Assembly (NCBI GenBank): GCA_963798085.1 | Contig: CAWCRS010000005.1 | Location: 384,001 to 448,000, forward strand | Direction of reading: 5' to 3' | DNA: 64,000 nt | From: an uncultured Gemmatimonadales bacterium | Lineage (GTDB): Bacteria > Gemmatimonadota > Gemmatimonadetes > Longimicrobiales > RSA9 | Shown here: positions 57,037-64,000 of the stretch, piece after piece | How positions within the stretch are numbered: position 1 is the first letter of the stretch | How the letters are laid out: the number at the start of each line of letters is the position of its first letter | The notes under the pieces: generated by a model | The model's input: the letters and a program-made list of their open reading frames with translations, nothing else | Told to the model about the DNA's origin: nothing | Database searches by the model: none | Made by a program: the position numbers and the translations under genes

Positions 57037-57555
57037 TCAGGCCCTCGCCTCGCGCAGGGCCTCCAGCAGTCCGGCCATCTCAATGAGCTTGGCCTGGAGC
57101 GCGTAGGCCAGCTGGGCCATGGGGGCCTGCATGGCACCCGCCAGCTGGGCGAGCAGCTGATCGCGCGACGGCAGTCGCGCCAGCCGTTCGACATCGGCCG
57201 CGCCAATCGCGCGGCGATCGACGATACCGGCCTTCACCACAGGCCGGTTGTCGTGATCTCTGGCGAAATCGGATAGCGCACGCGCGGGCGCCACCGGATC
57301 CGTGGGCGCGATCACCAGTCCGGTCGGGCCGCGGAAGAACTCCGCGACGTCGGGCATCTCCAGACCGTCGAGGGCGCGCTCGGCCAGCGTATTCTTGACG
57401 ACGAGGTACTCTCCACCTTCGCGCCGCACCGTGGCGCGCAGCGCTGTCATCGCCTTGACGTTCAGTCCCACGAAATCCGTGAGGTACACCGCGTTGGCGT
57501 GACGCAGCTTCTCGGTCAACTCGGCGACCAGCGCCTGCTTCTGCTCCGTGTTCAT
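57037..57555 (-). CDS. rplJ: 50S ribosomal protein L10
   Basis: [20 protein letters not shown]. Confidence 0.97.
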   Translation of the reverse strand: MNTEQKQALVAELTEKLRHANAVYLTDFVGLNVKAMTALRATVRREGGEYLVVKNTLAERALDGLEMPDVAEFFRGPTGLVIAPTDPVAPARALSDFARDHDNRPVVKAGIVDRRAIGAADVERLARLPSRDQLLAQLAGAMQAPMAQLAYALQAKLIEMAGLLEALREARA

Positions 57556-58259
57556 CGGGCACCCGCGCGCCGGTAGAGGTTGGGATCGATCCGGAAACCG
57601 GGGCCCATCGTGCTCGATACCGTGACGGTCCGGATGTAGGTGCCCTTGGACGACGACGGCTTGGCGCGCACCACCGTCTCCATGAAAGCCTCCATGTTCG
57701 CCGTCAGCTTGTCGACCGGGAACGAAACGCGCCCGATGGCCGCGTGCAAGTTGCCGGTCTTGTCCACGCGGAACTCGATCTTGCCGCCCTTGATCTCGCG
57801 CACGGCCTTGCCCACCTCGAAGGTGACGGTGCCGGCCTTGGGCGAGGGCATGAGACCGCGCGGACCGAGAATGCGGCCCAGCTGACCGACCTGCCCCATC
57901 ACATCGGGCGTGGCCACGGCGACATCGAAGTCAGTCCAGCCGTCCTTGATCTTCTGCACGTGCTCCATGCCAATGAAATCGGCGCCCGCTTCTTCGGCTT
58001 CCTTGACCTTGTCGCCCTGCGCCAGCACCAGCACGCGTGTGACCTTGCCCGTGCCGTGCGGCAACACGACGGTGCCGCGCACCACCTGGTCGGCGTGCTT
58101 GGGATCGACGCCCAGGCGGACGGAGATCTCGACCGATTCGTCGAACCTGGCGAAGGACGCATCCTTCACCAGCTGCAAGGCCGACGTCGGGTTCTCCAGC
58201 GCGACTTCACGGTTCACGCCGTTGGCCGCCTTCATGTAGTTCTTGCCGTGTCTCGACAT
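57552..58259 (-). CDS. rplA: 50S ribosomal protein L1
   Basis: [25 protein letters not shown]. Confidence 0.98.
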   Translation of the reverse strand: MSRHGKNYMKAANGVNREVALENPTSALQLVKDASFARFDESVEISVRLGVDPKHADQVVRGTVVLPHGTGKVTRVLVLAQGDKVKEAEEAGADFIGMEHVQKIKDGWTDFDVAVATPDVMGQVGQLGRILGPRGLMPSPKAGTVTFEVGKAVREIKGGKIEFRVDKTGNLHAAIGRVSFPVDKLTANMEAFMETVVRAKPSSSKGTYIRTVTVSSTMGPGFRIDPNLYRRAGAR

Positions 58260-58684
58260 TAGTCCACCACCAGAATGCCCATGGACCGGGCCGTGCCGGC
58301 GATCATGCGCATGGCTGCATCGACACTGGCCGCATTGAGGTCAGGCATCTTGAGCTCGGCAATGTCGCGGACCTGCTTCTTCGTCACCTTCGCCACCTTG
58401 TCGCGGTTGGGCGCGGCTGCGCCCTTGTCCACGCCTGCAGCCCGCTTCAGGAGAATCGCGGCCGGCGGGGTCTTGGTGATGAACGTGAACGAGCGATCCG
58501 CGAACACCGTGATCTCCACCGGGATGATCAGCCCGGGCTGACCCTGGGTGCGCGCATTGAACTGCTTGCAGAACTCCATGATGTTGACACCGTGCTGGCC
58601 CAATGCCGGGCCCACGGGCGGGGCGGGGTTGGCCGCACCCGCCGGCACCTGGAGTTTCACGAAGCCTGTAACCTTTTTCGCCAT
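58259..58684 (-). CDS. rplK: 50S ribosomal protein L11
   Basis: [19 protein letters not shown]. Confidence 0.98.
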   Translation of the reverse strand: MAKKVTGFVKLQVPAGAANPAPPVGPALGQHGVNIMEFCKQFNARTQGQPGLIIPVEITVFADRSFTFITKTPPAAILLKRAAGVDKGAAAPNRDKVAKVTKKQVRDIAELKMPDLNAASVDAAMRMIAGTARSMGILVVD

Positions 58685-58786
58685 CGACGAAAGCCCTCTG
58701 CCGACCTGGTTGCAACGCTCTGTTAGTCCGACTCAGCCTGGCGGTGCTGCGCGGTCGCGCCGGCACTGCGTGCCCGTCGCGCCGCT

Positions 58787-59338
58787 TCAGTATCCCTTCA
58801 GCTGCGTGTAGTCGAGCTCGACGGATGTGGGCCGGCCGAACAGGCTCACCTCCACCTTGACCTTGCCCTTGTCGTGATAGATCTCCTGCACGGTGCCGGT
58901 GAAGTCGGTGAACGGCCCTTCGGTCACTTCCACGACCTGGCCGGCGCGGAACGGGATCTGCTCGCGTGCCTCGACCTGTTCCTCGACCGGCACGAGGCCG
59001 AGGATCTTGTTCACTTCGTCATCGCGCAGAGGCTGCGGCTCGCTGCCGGGCCCCACGAACTTGATGACGCCCTGGATGTTGTTGATCAGGTGAACGGTGT
59101 GCTGGTTCTTGCGCATCTTGACCAGCACGTAGCCGGGATAGAGCCGGCGCGTGACGGTAACGCGCTTGCCGTTCTTGATCTCGACCACATCCTGGGTCGG
59201 AACCAGTGCTTCCTGAATTTCCTTTTCCTCGGGCGCTCCGGGCTCTTCCGCGATGCGGTGGTCAATCAGGCGCTTCACTTTGTTCTCGTGACCCGAGTAT
59301 GTCTGGATCGCGTACCAGCGTGTTTCGTCCATGTTCAC
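58787..59338 (-). CDS. nusG: Transcription termination/antitermination factor NusG
   Basis: WYAIQTYSGHE, YPGYVLV, KOW GPFTDF, FGRPTSVEL. Confidence 0.97.
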   Translation of the reverse strand: MNMDETRWYAIQTYSGHENKVKRLIDHRIAEEPGAPEEKEIQEALVPTQDVVEIKNGKRVTVTRRLYPGYVLVKMRKNQHTVHLINNIQGVIKFVGPGSEPQPLRDDEVNKILGLVPVEEQVEAREQIPFRAGQVVEVTEGPFTDFTGTVQEIYHDKGKVKVEVSLFGRPTSVELDYTQLKGY

Positions 59339-59541
59339 GCCGAAAACAGATTCATGACAAAGCTCAGGACGTTACGGATGATCAGGTCCATCGCGAAGAT
59401 GATCAGCGATACGATGATCACGAACGCGATCACCACGAGCGTCGAGTTCTTGAGCTGCGGCCAGTCTGGCCATGTGACCTTGCGGATCTCCTCCACGACC
59501 TGCTGCGTGAAGTCCCGCGTCCGAACCACGATCAATGCCAT
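59335..59541 (-). CDS. secE: Preprotein translocase subunit SecE
   Basis: EIRKVTWP followed by a single TM helix. Confidence 0.93.
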   Translation of the reverse strand: MALIVVRTRDFTQQVVEEIRKVTWPDWPQLKNSTLVVIAFVIIVSLIIFAMDLIIRNVLSFVMNLFSA

Positions 59542-59559
59542 TCGCCCGCCCGTCCCGCG

Positions 59560-59712
59560 TCAGCGGGTTTCCTTGTGTGGCGTGTGCTTGTTGCAGCGCG
59601 GGCAGTGCTTCTTCCACTCCACCCGCTCCGGGTGCTTACGCTTGTTTTTCTCGGTGAAATAGTTGCGTTCCTGGCAGACGGTGCAGGCCAGGATAATCTT
59701 GTCTCGAGGCAT
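59560..59712 (-). CDS. rpmG: 50S ribosomal protein L33
   Basis: Manual translation [50 protein letters not shown]. Confidence 0.96.
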   Translation of the reverse strand: MPRDKIILACTVCQERNYFTEKNKRKHPERVEWKKHCPRCNKHTPHKETR

Positions 59713-59779
59713 GGTCTCCGGGCTCCGATGTAGCCTTTATTTTACTCGCATTGCTGCGCTGCGTTCCGGCCGAACGGCG

Positions 59780-61063
59780 ACCGCGTTACTGGGGCTCGGG
59801 CTGGTTGCTGGGGAACTGCTGAACTGCCACCGCAAAACCAGCTCCTGCGCCCTTGCCCGTTGCCGCTTACAGCACCACCTCGGTCACGACGCCGGCGCCT
59901 ACCGTGCGGCCGCCCTCGCGGATCGCAAAGCGCAGCTCCTTCTCCATCGCGATCGGCATGATCAGCTCGATCTCCATCTGCACGTTGTCGCCCGGCATCA
60001 CCATCTCCACTCCCGCCGGCAGCTGCACCGCCCCCGTCACGTCCGTCGTCCGAAAATAGAACTGCGGCCGGTACCCATTGAAAAACGGCGTGTGCCGGCC
60101 CCCTTCTTCCTTCGTCAGCACGTACACTTCCGCCTTGAACTTCGTGTGCGGCGTGATCGATCCCGGCTTCGCCAGCACCATCCCCCGCTCGATCTCTTCC
60201 TTCCCCACCCCGCGCAGCAGCAGCCCCACATTGTCCCCCGCAAACCCCTCGTCCAGCAGCTTGCGGAACATCTCCACCCCCGTCACTACCGCCTTCTTCG
60301 CCGCCCCAAGCCCCACCATCTCCACCTCATCCCCCACCTTCACCTTCCCCCGCTCGATCCGACCCGTCGCCACCGTCCCACGACCCGTGATGCTGAACAC
60401 ATCCTCCACCGGCATCAGGAACGGCTTGTCCGTCTCCCGCACCGGCTCCGGGATATAGCTGTCAATCGCATCCATCAATTCCCCGATCTTCTTCCCCCAC
60501 TCGCTCTCCGGGTCCCCGCTCTCCAGCGCCTTCAGCGCGCTCCCCCGGATCACCGGCGTGTCGTCCCCCGGAAAATCGTACTCCGACAACAGCTCCCGTA
60601 CTTCCAGCTCCACCAGGTCGATCAGCTCCGGGTCGTCCACCGCATCGCACTTGTTCAGGTATACCACCACGTACGGCACATTCACCTGCCGCGCCAGCAG
60701 TATGTGCTCCCGCGTCTGCGGCATCGGCCCATCCGCCGCACTCACCACCAGTATCGCCCCGTCCATCTGCGCCGCACCCGTGATCATGTTCTTCACATAA
60801 TCCGCGTGCCCCGGACAGTCCACGTGCGCGTAGTGCCGGTGCACCGTCTGATACTCCACGTGCGCCGTCGCGATCGTGATCCCCCGCTCCCGCTCCTCCG
60901 GCGCCTTGTCAATGTTGTCGAACGACACAAAGTCCGCCAACCCCTTCTTCGACTGGATCAGCGTGATCGCCGCCGTCAACGTCGTCTTCCCGTGGTCCAC
61001 ATGCCCGATCGTCCCCACGTTCACGTGCGGCTTCGTCCGCTCAAACTTCGCCTTCGCCATGTC
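59780..61063. repeat. Copy 2 of the 1284-bp direct repeat (tuf plus 87 bp of 3' flank)
   Basis: Matches 42932-44215. Confidence 0.9.
59867..61060 (-). CDS. tuf: Elongation factor Tu (copy upstream of rpmG-secE-nusG)
   Basis: Same 397-aa protein as 43019-44212. Confidence 0.99.
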   Translation of the reverse strand: MAKAKFERTKPHVNVGTIGHVDHGKTTLTAAITLIQSKKGLADFVSFDNIDKAPEERERGITIATAHVEYQTVHRHYAHVDCPGHADYVKNMITGAAQMDGAILVVSAADGPMPQTREHILLARQVNVPYVVVYLNKCDAVDDPELIDLVELEVRELLSEYDFPGDDTPVIRGSALKALESGDPESEWGKKIGELMDAIDSYIPEPVRETDKPFLMPVEDVFSITGRGTVATGRIERGKVKVGDEVEMVGLGAAKKAVVTGVEMFRKLLDEGFAGDNVGLLLRGVGKEEIERGMVLAKPGSITPHTKFKAEVYVLTKEEGGRHTPFFNGYRPQFYFRTTDVTGAVQLPAGVEMVMPGDNVQMEIELIMPIAMEKELRFAIREGGRTVGAGVVTEVVL

Positions 61064-61351
61064 GCTCTCGGTTCGAGTTGGGAGGGTTTGCTGTACGTTG
61101 CGAGCTGGGCCGGTGCCCGGTTGCGTGTGCCGGGCGGAGCGTGGGTCCCGGGTCCTCGAGAAGAGGTCGCCGGGACGCATTCGGAGGGGGCATGAAAGAG
61201 AGCGGCGATCGCGCGCGTGTCCGCGCGCCCGCATCGCCGTTCCACGTCAGCCCGCCAGGCTCCGACCGGTCTGGTGGTTTGGCGCACGGCAGGCTGCCGC
61301 AAGGTGCTCCCACCAGACAGTCCCGGAGTACCGGTTCCGGGACAGACGAGC

Positions 61352-61380
61352 AAGATACCGGCAGGCCTCTTCAGTGTCAA
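61352..61380 (-). promoter_or_regulatory. Putative strong sigma70 promoter for tuf-rpmG-secE-nusG
   Basis: TTGACA-N17-TATCTT on the minus strand. Confidence 0.75.
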
Positions 61381-61561
61381 TCCTTCACGTCGACTCACCG
61401 CGGAGAGCGCTGGAGGGCGCGAAGCGGCCGGCTACAGGACTGGAGTTTCCGCGAATGCCTCGGGTGAATGAGGGGGTGATGGAGGTGAGGATCGGGTCTG
61501 CGCGTGCGCGCGCGCGATAACCTGCGGTGGCTGAGCAAGGCGTGGAGAAGCGGGCCGGGGG

Positions 61562-61570
61562 TGCTATTAT
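61562..61570 (+). promoter_or_regulatory. Putative extended -10 promoter for the hydrogenase small subunit-kinase unit
   Basis: TGcTATTAT ending 34 bp upstream of ATG 61604; GAGAGG Shine-Dalgarno at 61591-61596. Confidence 0.45.
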
Positions 61571-61603
61571 GGGCGCTGGCTCACCACATCGAGAGGCGGT
61601 GGC

Positions 61604-62644
61604 ATGCTCATGGGGTCCGCGCCGGGAGAAGCGGGTGGCGAAGGCGCCGCACCGATCGAGGCGATCTCGATTCTCTGGCTGACTGCGGGCCTGAGCTGCG
61701 ACGGGGACACGATCGCGCTGACCGGGGCCACGCAGCCGAGTATCGAGGACCTGATCTCGGGTGCGATACCCTGGACGCCGCGGGTCACGCTCTACAATCC
61801 CCTGCTGGCTCCCGAGACAGGCGACGACTTCCTGCAGTACTTCCATCGGGGCGCGGCCGGTTCGCTGGGGCCGTTCATCCTCGTAGTGGAAGGCTCGATC
61901 CCGGACGAGACGCTGAGCGGCGAGGGGTACTGGGCATCGTTCGGTACGGACCCGGAAACCAAACAGCCCATTACCACGTGCAGATGGATCGACAGGCTGG
62001 CGCCCAGGGCGTGGGCCGTCGTCGCCGCGGGAACGTGCGCGGCCTATGGCGGCATCCACGCCATGGCCGGCAACCCGACCGGTTGCATGGGGCTGCCCGA
62101 GTACCTGGGCTGGCAGTGGCGGTCCCATGCCAACGTACCGCTGGTCTGCATTCCGGGCTGCCCTGTGCAGCCGGACAACATGACCGAGACGCTGCTGTAC
62201 CTGCTCTATCAGGCCGCCGGTCGTGCGCCCGCGATCCCGCTCGACAATGCACTGCGGCCGCGCTGGCTGTTCCAGCAGACCGTGCACGAGGGCTGCGATC
62301 GCGGCGGTTACTATGAGCAGGGTGAGTTCGCGGACGCGTACGGCTCGCCACTCTGCATCGTGAAGCTGGGCTGCTGGGGTCCGGTCGTGCAGTGCAACGT
62401 GGGCAAGCGTGGCTGGATGGGCGGCGTAGGCGGCTGTCCGAATGTGGGCGGGATCTGCATTGGCTGCACCATGCCCGGGTTTCCGGACAAGTTCATGCCG
62501 TTCATGGATCAGCCGCCCGGCTCATTGCTCTCGTCCGCGGCGGTCTCGACATACGGACGCGCCGTGCATGCGCTCCGACGTTTCACGCAGGCGTCGCTCA
62601 ACAAGACACCGGTGCGGCACAAGCCCGGGCGTCCGTCTACCTGA
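61604..62644 (+). CDS. [NiFe]-hydrogenase small subunit, group 1h (HhyS)-like, no Tat signal
   Basis: ILWLTAGLSCDGD (CxxD), GTCAAYGGI, IPGCP, HEGCDR...C..KLGC, QCN...GGCPNVGGICIGCTMPGFPDKFMPF. Confidence 0.9.
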   Translation: MLMGSAPGEAGGEGAAPIEAISILWLTAGLSCDGDTIALTGATQPSIEDLISGAIPWTPRVTLYNPLLAPETGDDFLQYFHRGAAGSLGPFILVVEGSIPDETLSGEGYWASFGTDPETKQPITTCRWIDRLAPRAWAVVAAGTCAAYGGIHAMAGNPTGCMGLPEYLGWQWRSHANVPLVCIPGCPVQPDNMTETLLYLLYQAAGRAPAIPLDNALRPRWLFQQTVHEGCDRGGYYEQGEFADAYGSPLCIVKLGCWGPVVQCNVGKRGWMGGVGGCPNVGGICIGCTMPGFPDKFMPFMDQPPGSLLSSAAVSTYGRAVHALRRFTQASLNKTPVRHKPGRPST

Positions 62645-62649
62645 CTTCC

Positions 62650-64000
62650 ATGATGGCAGCGCACCAGCGCACGGAGAGCTTGCCACTCACGTCGCCGGAA
62701 GCGGAGACACTGCTTGCCGAGCTCGCGGGCGTATTCCTGCGCGAGCGCGGCCCGGGTGCCGCGGCCGTGGAGTCGGCGAACGGACAGTCGGAGGTTCCGC
62801 TCGTCGACCTCGATGCGCAGTACCGCACACTGGTCGAGCAGATTCCGGCCGTCGTGTTCATGGCCTATCTGGATCGTGGCATTGGTGAAGCGTACGTGAG
62901 TCCGCGCATCGAGGAGGCACTGGGCTTCTCGCAGGAGGAGTGGCTGGAGGATCCGGTGCGGTGGTACCGCCAGATCCATCCGGATGATCGCCAGCGCTGG
63001 AGTCTGGAAGCAGCCGAGATGTTTCTGACGGGCCGGCCGCTGCGCTCGGCCTATCGCGTGCTCTCGCGCGACGAGCGCGTGATCTGGTTCCAGTGCGAAG
63101 CCAAGATGGTGCGGCGGGAGGACGGCCGGCCGTGGTTCATCCACGGTGTGGGCGTCAATGTCACGGAGCTCAAGCATGGCGAGGCGGCGTTGCAGGCGGA
63201 GCGCAACCTCATGTCCGCCATTCTCGATACCGTGGGCGCACTGGTCATCGTGCTGGGACCGGGCGGTCGCATCATGCGGTTCAATCGCGCGTGCGAGGCG
63301 TTGAGCGGGTATCGGTCGGCCGAAGTGCAGGGCCGCTACCTGTGGGAGCTGTTTCAGAACGTGGAGGAAGCGGCACTCGTCCGCAGCGTGATCGAGAACC
63401 TGCGGCCCGGGGATGGTCGCAGCGTGTTCGAGGGTGCGTGGCAGACGCGTGACGCCGGGCAGTATCACATCGCGTGGTCCAGTATCGTGCTGCCGGCGAC
63501 GGCGACGGCGCCTTCGTGCATTGTCACCACGGGCATCAATGTAACCGAGCGGAAGCGCATGGAGAAGACCGTGCTCGAGATCAGCGCGCGCGAGCAGCGG
63601 CAGATCGCACAGGACCTGCACGACGGCCTGGGCCAGCACCTCACGGGCATTGCCTTCATGAGCAAGGTACTGCAGCAGGGGCTGGCGCGACGCTCGCCGG
63701 CGAGGGCGGCGGAAGCCACGAAGATCGTGCAGCTGGTCAACGAGGCGATCAACAAGACGCGCGAGCTGGCACGTGGCCTGCTTCCCGTGGTTTCCGATGC
63801 GGATGGCCTCATGTCCGCGCTGGCACGCTGGGCGCTGGAAGTGGAAGACCTGTTCGACGTCGCCTGCGCGTTCCACTGCCCCGAGCCGGTCCTGGTTGCG
63901 GATGTGAACGCGGCCACGCACCTGTACCTCATTGCGCACGAAGCCGTACACAACGCCATCAAGCACGGAAAGGCCCGCTGCGTCACGCTCTCGCTGACCA
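62650..64000 (+). CDS. Cytoplasmic PAS-PAS sensor histidine kinase, HisKA_3 (NarX/UhpB-type) family; runs off the window edge
   Basis: Manual translation, absent from the ORF track because no stop falls inside the window. PAS1 YRTLVEQIPAVVF...IHPDDR; PAS2 ILDTVGALVIV...FNRACEALSGY; H-box EQRQIAQDLHDGLGQ; N-box EAVHNAIKHG; no TM helix seen. Confidence 0.92.
   Translation, partial: MMAAHQRTESLPLTSPEAETLLAELAGVFLRERGPGAAAVESANGQSEVPLVDLDAQYRTLVEQIPAVVFMAYLDRGIGEAYVSPRIEEALGFSQEEWLEDPVRWYRQIHPDDRQRWSLEAAEMFLTGRPLRSAYRVLSRDERVIWFQCEAKMVRREDGRPWFIHGVGVNVTELKHGEAALQAERNLMSAILDTVGALVIVLGPGGRIMRFNRACEALSGYRSAEVQGRYLWELFQNVEEAALVRSVIENLRPGDGRSVFEGAWQTRDAGQYHIAWSSIVLPATATAPSCIVTTGINVTERKRMEKTVLEISAREQRQIAQDLHDGLGQHLTGIAFMSKVLQQGLARRSPARAAEATKIVQLVNEAINKTRELARGLLPVVSDADGLMSALARWALEVEDLFDVACAFHCPEPVLVADVNAATHLYLIAHEAVHNAIKHGKARCVTLSLT

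Overview
This is a GC-rich bacterial chromosome segment. Gene content and order resemble Gemmatimonadota, but that is inference, not a database result. Almost all genes are on the minus strand. 1-27 kb holds envelope and housekeeping genes: cpoB-pal-tolB-tolA/tonB-tolR-tolQ, an epimerase, a LysM protein, rimI-tsaB-tsaE-uvrB, relA/spoT, radC, secA, nadD, bamD, two TPR proteins, nucleotide-sugar enzymes, a PHP tyrosine phosphatase, a cation/H+ antiporter and rpmB. 27-61 kb is a continuous translation/transcription supercluster (tuf-rpmG-secE-nusG-rplKAJL-rpoBC-rpsLG-fusA-tuf-S10-spc-secY-adk-map-alpha operon) with no infA and no tRNAs. At the right edge, on the plus strand, a group 1h-like [NiFe]-hydrogenase small subunit is followed after 5 bp by a soluble PAS-PAS HisKA_3 histidine kinase instead of a large subunit. 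This is the best candidate for an undescribed sensory system. Other observations: a small dispersed repeat family at four intergenic sites, two apparently identical tuf copies with unusual G-ending codon usage, and structured leaders upstream of tuf and rpsL. Many essential genes carry frameshifts, densest at about 29-34.3 kb; these are most likely assembly indels.
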